In this document: piece by piece, positions 10,825 to 19,926 of the stretch
How the letters are laid out: the number at the start of each line of letters is the position of its first letter
Position numbering within the stretch: position 1 is the stretch's first letter
Assembly (NCBI GenBank): GCA_963648975.1
Contig: CAVJFW010000003.1
Location: forward strand, 2,921 to 66,920
Origin: a bacterium
GTDB lineage: Bacteria > Bacillota_I > Bacilli_A > RFN20 > CAG-288
Direction: 5' to 3'
DNA: 64,000 bases
Position numbers and translations under genes: made by a program
Notes under the pieces: model-generated
The model's database searches: none
The model's input: the letters and a program-made list of their open reading frames with translations, nothing else
What the model was told of the DNA's origin: nothing

Positions 10825-10833
10825 GTTTTGAAC

Positions 10834-10857
10834 AAGGCGGCGTGATGGCCGCCTTTT
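10834..10857 (+). terminator. intrinsic terminator
   Basis: AAGGCGGC ... GCCGCCTT hairpin followed by TTTT, 10 nt after the SDR stop. Confidence 0.6.
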
Positions 10858-10923
10858 CCTGTGTGAAAAAGTTGAATCATCCTTTTAGGTTAGCTGTACT
10901 TAACTAAGAAGGAAGAAAAAATT

Positions 10924-11832
10924 ATGACTCTTAAAGAAAAATTCCGTGAATTCGAAAGACTTGCGCCAAAGAAGGATATGTCAATCATGGATCATACCTT
11001 TACCTATCGGTATTTTCATCATGATGATTCAACTCGAGATGTGACCATTGTCATTTTACTGGGTGGAAGCGGACTTGCCGATGGCTTTTTTTACATGTTT
11101 GACAGGCTGATTTCAAAATACAACCTTCTTTCTTTTGATTATTGCATGTCTTTCAGGACAAATGAATCACAGGCTGATGCCATTTGTTCCCTCATACGGC
11201 AGTTAGGATGTACCAATGTTTATCTCCTTGGACAATCCTATGGGGGATTGCTGGCCCAGATCATTGCAAAAAGGCATCCAGAAATCATCAAGGGTCTCAT
11301 TCTTTCAGGAACATGTGGATTAGGTGTCAACATCAAGGATTCACGACAAGACATGGATTGCATCAATCGGACGCTTGATTCGAAAAAAATCAAGAAGAAC
11401 ATAAAAATGGACAGAAAATTACCCATCGCTCTCTTGGTTCCTGTCTTCAAGATCATGACACGTAAGGTCATCAAGGACAAGAAGATGAGAAAGGATTTCA
11501 ACGAAATCATCGATATCTGCAAACCATCCATGACAAACGAATATTTTGTGCTGATGGATACATTGCTTGGAGATGTGATTCATCATGTTGCGATTATGAG
11601 AAAAGAGGATTTCTCCAGTTTCAGAAATGAATCCTTGCTCGTCTTTTCCAAGGAAGACACGATATTCACTGAGGGCCTGAAGAAGAATCTTGTTGACCTG
11701 ATGGAAGAACCTGTGGTGGTTCAAGATCTCAAGGGAGGACATTTGGCCTTGATGCAAAGTCTTGATGAATATATCTGCATCATGGATAAGTTCATTTCTG
11801 CAAGAAACGGGAACTATTCCATAAAGGAATGA
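10924..11832 (+). CDS. alpha/beta hydrolase
   Basis: Nucleophile elbow GQSYGG and overall alpha/beta-hydrolase length. Substrate unknown. Confidence 0.6.
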   Translation: MTLKEKFREFERLAPKKDMSIMDHTFTYRYFHHDDSTRDVTIVILLGGSGLADGFFYMFDRLISKYNLLSFDYCMSFRTNESQADAICSLIRQLGCTNVYLLGQSYGGLLAQIIAKRHPEIIKGLILSGTCGLGVNIKDSRQDMDCINRTLDSKKIKKNIKMDRKLPIALLVPVFKIMTRKVIKDKKMRKDFNEIIDICKPSMTNEYFVLMDTLLGDVIHHVAIMRKEDFSSFRNESLLVFSKEDTIFTEGLKKNLVDLMEEPVVVQDLKGGHLALMQSLDEYICIMDKFISARNGNYSIKE

Positions 11833-12927
11833 TCAGAGATTTGATTCGAGTGAGAAGTCACCTTTCTTTATCCAACCTAATTTCCTGAACAGGAAATCAA
11901 TGACGAAGACCAGGGCAAGTGGGGCGAGAATGGCAAAGCCGATTACTTCGATGACGAGAATCACATCGTAACTATTGACGGCAAGGATGTTGAGTGGTCC
12001 GACTAATCCGGATGTGCCCATCCCTGCTGCAACCGATAATGAAGAGATGAGGTTGTTTTCTGTATAATATTCTACGGATTGTGTTGGCATCAGCATTGCA
12101 AATGGGCCAAGAATCATCGATGCTATGATTGTGGGAAGCCATATTATCGGCTTTTTTATGATGTTCTTGAACTGCAACATGGAGGTCCCGATGCCAACGG
12201 CAAGGACACTTCCCCATTTATTGTCATATGCAGTCTCAAGGGCAAAGCCAAGCATCTGGGTTGAACATCCGATAAGTGCTGCATAACAGGCCAAAGGAAC
12301 ATTTCCGATGGAGATGGCAACACAGATGGCCACGGATGATATCGGAGCCGTGAGTGCCATTCCGACAAGGGCCGAGATGATGATGCACATCATGAAAGGT
12401 ACAGCATCAAAAGAGACCTCTATAAGATATCCAATACCTAGGGTGATGTAATGGACGTAATAGGATAGAAGGAAGGAATAGACAAGAGAGAAGAATAGAC
12501 CGACAAGTGGAATCAGAATGATGTCCACAGGTGTCTTCCTTCTCAATATCAGCTTGATTGCCAAAAGGCATAAGATGCTGGAAATGTAGCATGACAAGGG
12601 ATCACTGATTGAGGAAACCTGTCCTGTTTGGAAGCTGAAGGCATAATTTCCAACCATGCCGGCAGTCATGCAGCTGACGACAATGACTCCGCTTTTCTTC
12701 AGGGACAAGGCAACACCAAGACCGATACCAGCGCCCATAAGAGCTTTGATTACACTCGTAAAGGAAGAAAGGGATGAAAAGCCTGGAATCTGGGCAAACA
12801 GATCCAGAATCGTTCCGATGATCAATGTACCGAATAGACCTATGGCCATGCCATTGGTCGTCGTCATCAGTTTTTCCTTTATATATTTATGAAATTTCGG
12901 TTTATCCATGTTTTCTGTGTTTTCCAT
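11833..12927 (-). CDS. polytopic membrane protein, PTS-EIIC-like (PfoR/COG3641-type)
   Basis: About 10 TM helices. The N-terminal GMAIGLFGTLIIGTILD resembles the EIIC_2/PfoR family as I remember it. Start chosen at MENTEN to avoid overlap with the upstream gene. Confidence 0.4.
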   Translation of the reverse strand: MENTENMDKPKFHKYIKEKLMTTTNGMAIGLFGTLIIGTILDLFAQIPGFSSLSSFTSVIKALMGAGIGLGVALSLKKSGVIVVSCMTAGMVGNYAFSFQTGQVSSISDPLSCYISSILCLLAIKLILRRKTPVDIILIPLVGLFFSLVYSFLLSYYVHYITLGIGYLIEVSFDAVPFMMCIIISALVGMALTAPISSVAICVAISIGNVPLACYAALIGCSTQMLGFALETAYDNKWGSVLAVGIGTSMLQFKNIIKKPIIWLPTIIASMILGPFAMLMPTQSVEYYTENNLISSLSVAAGMGTSGLVGPLNILAVNSYDVILVIEVIGFAILAPLALVFVIDFLFRKLGWIKKGDFSLESNL

Positions 12928-12938
12928 GTCTTTACCTC

Positions 12939-13223
12939 TCAACATCCTTTTCCATCTATGGAACAAAATGATTTTTTCTGTGATTCATTTTCCGGAAAAC
13001 TGATATGTCCATCCGGAAATAGAAGACATGGAATTCCTATGGCCCCTGTCTTTCTTATTTCATCAAATTCCTTTCGACTGTCTCTCAAGGAAAGAAATTC
13101 CTTCAGACATGAAACCTTTTCCCCGATGTCGATGAATTCATATTCGGCTTTATCTGACAGTCTTTTTTTCAGTTCGATGCAGTCAGGACAGTCATGCATC
13201 GTATACACTTTTATTTTGTTCAT
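12939..13223 (-). CDS. glutaredoxin-like protein (NrdH/YruB-like)
   Basis: 94 aa, with a CPDC redox motif after the first beta-strand (KVYTMHDCPDC) and a GIPC cis-Pro region. GAGGAAA RBS upstream. Confidence 0.7.
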   Translation of the reverse strand: MNKIKVYTMHDCPDCIELKKRLSDKAEYEFIDIGEKVSCLKEFLSLRDSRKEFDEIRKTGAIGIPCLLFPDGHISFPENESQKKSFCSIDGKGC

Positions 13224-13435
13224 GCTATTTCCTCGAGGCCATATTATATAAGAGCTTAGGAGGAATGGTAAATAATGTTTTTATCTTCTTTTGGAATGCT
13301 TAAAATGCGCACTTATCCTACTGAAAATCATGGAATTGGTTGATAAATAAGCAAAATGGCATCAATTTTGTTAATTATGTCAATTATCATTGTAATAAAG
13401 GGCTTTCAAGACTAAAATGAACACGTTCATAAAGT

Positions 13436-13957
13436 ATGCCAAAACTCATAGACAATGCTCAGAACATCATCCTTGATGCTGCCAGGGAAGAGTTGAATGC
13501 TCATCCGGAGAGTTTTTCGATGCGCAATGTTGCCAAAAATGCAAATGTTGCTGTCGGAACCATCTATCGTTACTATCCGGACAAACTCAATCTCATTGCT
13601 GGCATTCTCCTTGATGACTGGAGAAAACAGTACGAGTTGAAGGTTGAGGAAATGAACATCTGTCACGACATCAGGGATGTATTGAGGATTGTCAGTCATC
13701 TCATTCTGGATTACCGGAAAAAGAACCAGCACATCTTTCAGTTCTACAAAGGTAGTGAGATGAACATGGATTATCCGAAATTGCATGAGATGTTCGTGTC
13801 CGAAATCAAGAAACTTTTTGTCGAGGGAAAGAAAAGATTAGGTATCCCCCTTGACGATGAAAAAGATCTTTTGATTTCTGAGATGATATTGATTCAGGCC
13901 AAGAACAAAGACATTTCCTATGAAGTTATGGCAGACGCAGTTGCAAAAATCATTTAG
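13436..13957 (+). CDS. TetR-family transcriptional regulator
   Basis: N-terminal HTH: FSMRNVAKNANVAVGTIYRYYPDK. Confidence 0.85.
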   Translation: MPKLIDNAQNIILDAAREELNAHPESFSMRNVAKNANVAVGTIYRYYPDKLNLIAGILLDDWRKQYELKVEEMNICHDIRDVLRIVSHLILDYRKKNQHIFQFYKGSEMNMDYPKLHEMFVSEIKKLFVEGKKRLGIPLDDEKDLLISEMILIQAKNKDISYEVMADAVAKII

Positions 13958-13969
13958 GAGGCAACAAAA

Positions 13970-14899
13970 ATGAAAAGCGACTTTAAGAATCTGGATCCGA
14001 AAGACAATTTCTATCAGACTTCTCTCTTTTTCCCAATGCCGGTCGTCATGATCGGGACTTTGACCGAAGATGGAAAAACCACACTTGGTCCTTACTCTCT
14101 TCTTGCACCTTACTACATCGCCGGAAAAGACTATTATGCCATGTTGCTTGAATGCAGGAATTCATCCAATACGGCACAGAACATTCTGAGAACCGGTAAG
14201 TGTACCCTCAACTTCATCTCCGATGATTCCAAGCTGTTCAAGGAAGCTGTCAGGATGGGTTGGCCGGGAGACAAGCCGGAAGAAAAGATGAAGAACTGCC
14301 TCTTTGAATTGGAAGACAGCCAATCCCAGGATGAACATCCGGATGAGAAATATCCTCAGATCGTCTCGCAGGCATTCCAGGTCGTCGAATGCACATGGAT
14401 GAAGGAACTTGACAACGCCCAGGATGACAAACCGGGTCAGTTGGATGGATATGAGGGTCCATATCATGACTTCAATGGCATCACCAGCAAGTTCGGCGCT
14501 CATTTCATCCTGAGAATCGATCATATCGACATGAAGGAAAAGTATTGGAATTCCATCGTCAATGGCGTAAATAAGAACAACTTCCCGAGAGTCCCAGTCG
14601 ACTACGGATATCGTGACAGCAAGAACTTCTGGTGTTCAAAGTTCAAGAAGCCACGTGGAGAGATGCTTCCGATGAGGGAAACAAGTGTTTCCAGCGTCAG
14701 ATATGCGGCGGAAAGACTTCAGACGGATATCAAATTCACCGATGATGCCCTTGCAAAACTTGTCAAGGTTCCCCGTATATTCCTCCCTACTGCCTTGAAG
14801 GGATGTGTGAAATGGGCTGAGGAAAATAATGTCAAAGTCATCACCGAAAAGGAAATGGCCATCATCAATGACAAACGTTCGAAGGAAAAAATGAAATAA
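13970..14899 (+). CDS. flavin-reductase-like domain protein with a C-terminal PCP_red-like domain
   Basis: The N-terminal PMPVVMIGTLTEDGKTTLGPYS ... NTAQNILRTGKCTLNF pattern fits the flavin reductase-like fold. The C-terminal KFTDDALAKLVKVPRIFLPTALKGCVKWAEENNVKVITEKEM resembles the protochlorophyllide-reductase 57-kDa C-terminal domain. Confidence 0.55.
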   Translation: MKSDFKNLDPKDNFYQTSLFFPMPVVMIGTLTEDGKTTLGPYSLLAPYYIAGKDYYAMLLECRNSSNTAQNILRTGKCTLNFISDDSKLFKEAVRMGWPGDKPEEKMKNCLFELEDSQSQDEHPDEKYPQIVSQAFQVVECTWMKELDNAQDDKPGQLDGYEGPYHDFNGITSKFGAHFILRIDHIDMKEKYWNSIVNGVNKNNFPRVPVDYGYRDSKNFWCSKFKKPRGEMLPMRETSVSSVRYAAERLQTDIKFTDDALAKLVKVPRIFLPTALKGCVKWAEENNVKVITEKEMAIINDKRSKEKMK

Positions 14900-14919
14900 A
14901 AAAAGGAGAAACGTAAAAC

Positions 14920-15780
14920 ATGAAAATCGCTATTGCAGGTGCATTCGGCCATTTGGGATTCGATATCCTGAAGAAAGCTGTCGAAGAAGGAAATGAAGTC
15001 GTTGCCTTGGACCTGAATGAAAAGGAAACGGATCTGAAGGGAAAATACACCTTCCATAAGATCGATGTGACCAACAAGGATACTTTGGTTGATACTCTTT
15101 CCGGATGTGACGTTGTTGTTTCCACCGTCGGACTTGTCTCCAAGTCTGCAAAACTTACCAATTATGACATCGATCTGAATGGCAACCTGAATCTTCTTGA
15201 AGAAGCAAAGAAGTCCGGTGTGAAGAAGTTTGTCTATACTTCCGTCATCCATGCCGAAACTGCTCCGGATGTTCCGATGCTTGACAGCAAATTCAAATTC
15301 GAGGAAAAACTCAAGAGCAGTGGACTTCAGTATGCCATCGTCAGACCGACTGGCTATTTCTATGATATCGCCCATGTCTTCATGCCGATGATCGAAAAGG
15401 GTAAAGTCACCCTCTTGGGAAGAAAGAATTATCCTGTCAATGTCATCGACACACCGGATCTGGCTGCATTCGTCTTGGAAAAGGTTCATGAAGATGGCAG
15501 TTCCTTCGATGAAATCGGAGGTAAGGAAACCTACAGTTACGAGGAAATCGCAAAGCTGTTCTTCTCTGCCGCCGGCAAGAAAGTCAAAATTTCCAGAGCC
15601 CCTGTCTTCCTCTTTGACCTCATCATCAAGAAGGCAAAGAAAAAGAACGATGGCTCTGAGGCCATCATCCGCTTCAGCAAATGGACTTTGACACATGCCA
15701 TGGAAGGAAGTGTGAAATATGGCAACAATTCCTTCAAGGCCTACATCGAATCTCTCTATTCCAATAAGGAGAGCAAATAA
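14920..15780 (+). CDS. NAD(P)-binding NmrA-like/atypical SDR protein
   Basis: N-terminal Rossmann motif MKIAIAGAFGHLG. At 286 aa it is typical of the NmrA/NAD(P)H-binding family. Confidence 0.7.
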   Translation: MKIAIAGAFGHLGFDILKKAVEEGNEVVALDLNEKETDLKGKYTFHKIDVTNKDTLVDTLSGCDVVVSTVGLVSKSAKLTNYDIDLNGNLNLLEEAKKSGVKKFVYTSVIHAETAPDVPMLDSKFKFEEKLKSSGLQYAIVRPTGYFYDIAHVFMPMIEKGKVTLLGRKNYPVNVIDTPDLAAFVLEKVHEDGSSFDEIGGKETYSYEEIAKLFFSAAGKKVKISRAPVFLFDLIIKKAKKKNDGSEAIIRFSKWTLTHAMEGSVKYGNNSFKAYIESLYSNKESK

Positions 15781-16673
15781 TGTACATAAATTATAATGAG
15801 GCGTTTAACAATGGCGTCATCGAAAGCTCCGGTGCGTTCTGGATTCTTCTTGCCATCATGTTTGGCATTGCCTTGTTGATGTCCAGCATTGGCTTCAAGA
15901 AATTTGTTTATTTCCTCTCTGTCGGCTATGGCCTTGCCGTAATGGGAATCGGCATTGCCCTCATCGTCTTCACTGCCGGTAAGTTTGAGTTCGTTCATAT
16001 CGCCAACAACGGCTTCGTGAACTATATCCTGGCTGTCGTCTTCATTCTTTATGGCTGTCGTCTTGCGGGATTCCTTCTCTTCAGGGAAATCAAGTCTGCA
16101 AGTTACAGAAAGACCTTGGAGAATGTTGCTGGCAAGGAAGAAAAGAAGATGCCGTTCTTCGTCAAGTTCACCATTTGGATTTCCGTTGGTCTTCTTTATG
16201 TCATGCAGACCTATCCTGTCATCTACCGTGTCGGTGGATCCTTCACATCTGAGGGTGCACATATGGTTGCTCCTCTTATCGGCGCCGTAATCGCCATCAT
16301 AGGATTATCCATCGAAACAATTGCCGACCTTCAGAAGAGTGCGGCAAAGAAGGTCAATCCGCATACTTTTGTCTCCACAGGTCTTTTCAAATTTGTCAGA
16401 TGTCCGAACTATTTAGGTGAAATCATCTTCTGGACCGGTATCTTCATCAGTGGTGTCGACATCTATCTTGCCGATTGGCCGTGCTGGATTATTTCAATCC
16501 TTGGTTATCTTCTCATCGTCTATGTCATGGTCAGCGGTGCCAAGAGGCTCGAACTCCGCCAGAAGAAGAATTACGGCAATGATCCGAAATTCCAGGAATA
16601 CTGCAAGAAGACCCCAATCCTCATGCATATGATTCCTGTAAAGTCTCTCGAAAAAGTCAACTGGATCAAGTGA
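15780..16673 (+). CDS. DUF1295 / steroid-5-alpha-reductase-like membrane protein
   Basis: Polytopic, with the C-terminal motif FKFVRCPNYLGEIIFWTG, characteristic of the DUF1295/ICMT-like family. Its start overlaps the upstream stop (TAATG). Confidence 0.65.
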   Translation: MYINYNEAFNNGVIESSGAFWILLAIMFGIALLMSSIGFKKFVYFLSVGYGLAVMGIGIALIVFTAGKFEFVHIANNGFVNYILAVVFILYGCRLAGFLLFREIKSASYRKTLENVAGKEEKKMPFFVKFTIWISVGLLYVMQTYPVIYRVGGSFTSEGAHMVAPLIGAVIAIIGLSIETIADLQKSAAKKVNPHTFVSTGLFKFVRCPNYLGEIIFWTGIFISGVDIYLADWPCWIISILGYLLIVYVMVSGAKRLELRQKKNYGNDPKFQEYCKKTPILMHMIPVKSLEKVNWIK

Positions 16674-16674
16674 T

Positions 16675-17394
16675 ATGTTTTCTTTGACTGAATTCAAGGA
16701 TGCTCCCCGTGGCGGACTGATCGGACAGGGATTCTACGATTTGATTCCGGTCATCCTGTTCATGGTCGGCAGTGTCATACTTCTGAGAGCTCTTTACAAT
16801 AAGATGGTCAAGGGATGTTATTGTCTGTTGGCAGCCGGAAGCATCATGGTATTCTGTGCCGGTGTCCTCAAGGCTTTCCACAAAATCATCATGGGTATCT
16901 TCCAGGTTGACTACATCATTCTTGACAAGCAGTTCACACCCACGCAATCCATCGGCTTCATTCTTCTCTTCCTTGCATTGCTTGGCATGTTCACGACACA
17001 TAACACAAAGCATATCCATCCGACCAAGACTTCCATCGTCACTTTGCCTGTACTTTTCATCTTCCTTGCCGAGGAAGCAACAAAGCTCGGTGACAGTGGA
17101 CTTCCCGCCTTTACCAATGCATGGCCTTTCTTAAGCGTCATGATCATCGGTGCCGCTGGATATCTTGTCATGTTATGTATCATCTCCTTCAAGATGAACC
17201 GTAAACTTGAAGCCATACTCTTCATGATTTCCATCATTCTCATGGTCGGTATGGGATATCTTTCGACGAAACGAGGCTATGAAGGTGCCTGGATGCAGAT
17301 TTCCTGCAATGTTCTATATCAGGGAACCTTCTGCGCAGCCTGTCTGCTGTTGAAGAAACATGGACTTGAGGAAGCGAAAATCTTCAAGGACTGA
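16675..17394 (+). CDS. hypothetical polytopic membrane protein
   Basis: About 6-7 predicted TM helices. It starts 1 nt after the previous stop. No family recognised. Confidence 0.5.
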   Translation: MFSLTEFKDAPRGGLIGQGFYDLIPVILFMVGSVILLRALYNKMVKGCYCLLAAGSIMVFCAGVLKAFHKIIMGIFQVDYIILDKQFTPTQSIGFILLFLALLGMFTTHNTKHIHPTKTSIVTLPVLFIFLAEEATKLGDSGLPAFTNAWPFLSVMIIGAAGYLVMLCIISFKMNRKLEAILFMISIILMVGMGYLSTKRGYEGAWMQISCNVLYQGTFCAACLLLKKHGLEEAKIFKD

Positions 17395-17404
17395 ATATTA
17401 CAAA

Positions 17405-17441
17405 AGACATTCTGGATTCTTCGTCCAGGATGTCTTTTTTT
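17405..17441 (+). terminator. intrinsic terminator of the TetR-led operon
   Basis: AGACATTCTGGA / TCCAGGATGTCT stem followed by T7. Confidence 0.7.
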
Positions 17442-17498
17442 GTTCAATTCATTATGTGTAAAAATGTGAAGATCTTTTTGCCGATACGAGCAATATCT

Positions 17499-17527
17499 TT
17501 GCATAAGTGTTACAAATGCCATATAAT
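17499..17527 (+). promoter_or_regulatory. sigma-A-type promoter driving the riboswitch leader
   Basis: TTGCAT (17499-17504), a 17-nt spacer, then TATAAT (17522-17527). Confidence 0.6.
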
Positions 17528-17530
17528 AAA

Positions 17531-17622
17531 GTCATCAGTTCATCGGGCAAAATCAGAGAAATCTGATGACGCAAAGCTATAGGGCCTTTTTAGGCAGCCA
17601 GTTGCACTATGTCACATTATAT
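17531..17622 (+). promoter_or_regulatory. c-di-GMP class I (GEMM-I) riboswitch aptamer
   Basis: GGGCAAA, then an ATCAGA-GAAA-TCTGAT hairpin with a GNRA loop, then GACGCAAAGC, a CTATAG...TTGCAC-CTATG second stem. This lines up with the V. cholerae Vc2 aptamer as I recall it. It sits in the 5' leader of a GGDEF gene. Confidence 0.75.
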
Positions 17623-17624
17623 TT

Positions 17625-17658
17625 TGGCTTTGCCTGATTGACTGCAAAGCTATTTTTT
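17625..17658 (+). terminator. riboswitch expression-platform terminator
   Basis: GCTTTGC (17627-17633) pairs with GCAAAGC (17644-17650) and is followed by TATTTTTT. The 3' arm GCAAAGCTAT is an exact copy of the aptamer core at 17571-17580. Confidence 0.65.
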
Positions 17659-18765
17659 ATGACAGAGAAAACAAAAGACAAAGCAAAGAAGATATTCGGT
17701 CTGACCTTCAATGAAAAGAAACTTGAAGAGAAAATGACAAAGAACAATTACATATTGGGCTGTTCTTTCGTCATTGTGCTTTTTGGAATCAATTTCGTCA
17801 GATTCATCATGCTCCTATGTGACCAATGGCATTACATGAACCAAAAGTCGATATCCTTATTCATTGGTGCTTTGGCATTCGTTGTCCTTCTTATCTATCC
17901 TATCATCATGATATTGTTCTTCAAAAAGAAGATACCACCTCTTGCCGCTGACATCATATTCAATGCCTATGTACTTGCAGCATTGTTCTATGACCTTCAA
18001 ATCGGACTTGAGATCAAGATGATGCTCGGTTCCTATTTCCCTTTGTATATCATCATGATTTACATATTCCTTCTTTCTCATCTAAGACCGATCATTTCTG
18101 TTTTCTATTATCTGATTGTTGCATATGTCTTATCAATCATCTGGATCAACAATAACGGATTTGATTCCAATACGATGCAGCAGATTTATCTTTTCAGCAT
18201 CTATGTCATCTCCATCATCCGTTATTACATGAGTGACATCTCCATAAGAAATGCCATCAAGGTCGAAGAAGCAAACGAAAAGCTTCTGATTCTAAGTCTG
18301 ACGGATTCATTGACTCAGATACCAAATCGTCTTGCCATGAAGGATGACTATAAGAAATTTGAGGGAAAGAAAATACTTGTCGTCTTTCTTGATTTGGATA
18401 ACTTCAAGTCGATCAACGATGACTATTCACACGAAGACGGAAACAAAGTATTGCAGATGTTTGCCAACCATCTCAAATCAAAACTTGGACATGATGATCT
18501 TTATCGATATGGCGGAGATGAATTTGTCATCATAAGACAATGTGAAGTCGTCTCAAAAGATGAAATCCTTTCGCTCAAGGAAGATATAGGTACTCTTCAT
18601 GTCGATTACCTTGATCATGACATTCATTGCAGCATGGGTTATCAGTATGGCCTATGCACGGATGAGATGGAATATGAAAACATCATCCAGAAGGCAGATT
18701 ATTATCTCCATGAGGTAAAAAGAAACGGCAAATTCAGCATCCATGGCAGTCTTGATATAGACTGA
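17659..18765 (+). CDS. membrane-anchored diguanylate cyclase (GGDEF domain)
   Basis: An N-terminal block of about 6 TM helices and a C-terminal GGDEF domain (LTQIPNR, LDLDNFKSINDDYSHEDGN, RYGGDEF). The start is uncertain (TTG 17638, ATG 17659 or ATG 17734) and none has a strong SD. Confidence 0.85.
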   Translation: MTEKTKDKAKKIFGLTFNEKKLEEKMTKNNYILGCSFVIVLFGINFVRFIMLLCDQWHYMNQKSISLFIGALAFVVLLIYPIIMILFFKKKIPPLAADIIFNAYVLAALFYDLQIGLEIKMMLGSYFPLYIIMIYIFLLSHLRPIISVFYYLIVAYVLSIIWINNNGFDSNTMQQIYLFSIYVISIIRYYMSDISIRNAIKVEEANEKLLILSLTDSLTQIPNRLAMKDDYKKFEGKKILVVFLDLDNFKSINDDYSHEDGNKVLQMFANHLKSKLGHDDLYRYGGDEFVIIRQCEVVSKDEILSLKEDIGTLHVDYLDHDIHCSMGYQYGLCTDEMEYENIIQKADYYLHEVKRNGKFSIHGSLDID

Positions 18766-18796
18766 TTGTATCCCCTTATAAGAAGGTAGGCATGTC

Positions 18797-19315
18797 CTAT
18801 CTTCTTTTTCTTTCCTCCATTTTGAATGCATCGGGAATTCTCCTAAGCAGGATGGAACAGATGATTGCCATGAAGATTCCGGTCAAAAGAGAAAGTGGGC
18901 CTAAGATAGAGACATACGTAAAAATCTGGAATGTTCCAAAGAAGATTGCATAGGCAAGCAATTGGCCTATGGTATGAAACAACGCGGAAAGAGAGGAAAG
19001 AGAATAAATGCTGGGTCTTATGAAAAAATAAAGTAAGGTCGTGATCATGAATGAAGCCACACTTCCCGTCAATGACATGAAGAACTGAATGGAAAAGCCT
19101 CCGGATATCAATGGCACGAACAGGACTTTCAGTACCAGGACAAAGACATAACTTGGGAAGTCAAAATAATATAAGGCGAAGAGTGTGATGATGTTTGCGA
19201 GTCCAAGCCTGAAACCTGGAATCGGCAAAAAGGAGGGAATCAGGCTTTCAAGATAATGAAGCAGTACGCTCATCGCAACCATGAGTGACAATGTCACGAT
19301 TCTTTTTGTCTTCAT
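18797..19315 (-). CDS. Gx transporter family protein (heptaprenyl-diphosphate-synthase component I-like, PF07456-type)
   Basis: 172 aa, 5 TM, with N-terminal LHYLESLIPSFLPIPGFRLGLANIITL typical of this family. It is adjacent to a NusG-II protein, as is common. Confidence 0.65.
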   Translation of the reverse strand: MKTKRIVTLSLMVAMSVLLHYLESLIPSFLPIPGFRLGLANIITLFALYYFDFPSYVFVLVLKVLFVPLISGGFSIQFFMSLTGSVASFMITTLLYFFIRPSIYSLSSLSALFHTIGQLLAYAIFFGTFQIFTYVSILGPLSLLTGIFMAIICSILLRRIPDAFKMEERKRR

Positions 19316-19316
19316 T

Positions 19317-19838
19317 TCAGTTCACGCTTTCCGGGAATCCATAATCAGAGACAATCATGATCTGTATGCCATTTGGCATACAGACAATCGGTGTATAAAG
19401 AGAATGGATTCTTCCCATCTTGGAGCATACATGGTCAGGACAGGTGATATCTTCCGTCATGATCTGTATGCTTTTGTCACTATATAACGTGAATGACACG
19501 CTTTCTCCCTCAAAGGAAAATTCCGTGATTCCCTCTATATAAGTTGAGGCTTCTTTCTTCATGAAAGTGATTTTCTTTTCCCCTGTCATGGGAAAGGAAA
19601 TCTCTTTTTTTCTCTCTGAGTCATTTTTGTCAAACAGCAACTGATTTTGATATTTGATTTCGACATGAACATTGTCGGATTTCCTGACGGAGAAATAGCT
19701 GGCAAGGAAAATGCTGACAATCAGAAGAATGCCAAAGGAGAACAGCGGAATATCCTTTCTTGGATTGAATGTCAGTCTCTTGTCAGAAATATTTTTTTCC
19801 ATAGTTTTCATTATAGTTTTTTTCTCATGGCAACTCAA
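19317..19838 (-). CDS. NusG domain II-containing membrane-anchored protein
   Basis: One TM helix and the C-terminal motif CPDHVCSKMGRIHSLYTPIVCMPNGIQIMI, which matches the NusG_II signature CxxxxC...CLPN. Confidence 0.7.
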   Translation of the reverse strand: MSCHEKKTIMKTMEKNISDKRLTFNPRKDIPLFSFGILLIVSIFLASYFSVRKSDNVHVEIKYQNQLLFDKNDSERKKEISFPMTGEKKITFMKKEASTYIEGITEFSFEGESVSFTLYSDKSIQIMTEDITCPDHVCSKMGRIHSLYTPIVCMPNGIQIMIVSDYGFPESVN

Positions 19839-19926
19839 ATGGGATGGGATTGTTTATTGCAGTCATATAAGGACGTTTTACCTTTTTTCTTGCAAAATCA
19901 TATGGTTTGAAGTATCGTAATCCAAA

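Noticed and set aside
13258-13343. AGGAGG followed by short ORFs: a 12-codon ORF at spacing 1, and a 22-codon ORF (MFLSSFGMLKMRTYPTENHGIG) at spacing 11. They lie between the glutaredoxin-like gene and tetR.
   Set aside because: The spacing to either ATG is non-optimal, the peptides have no recognisable features, and there is no way to test conservation here. I noted it only as a possible leader peptide and do not call it.
14719-15696. A 325-aa ORF on the minus strand, antisense to the NmrA-like gene. Similar long antisense ORFs occur at 22577-23326, 27596-28348, 28423-29049, 30578-31228 and 62603-63358.
   Set aside because: Each lies entirely opposite a gene with clear family motifs. Their translations are low-complexity and motif-free, and none has an RBS. 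They are shadow ORFs caused by the codon bias of the sense genes.
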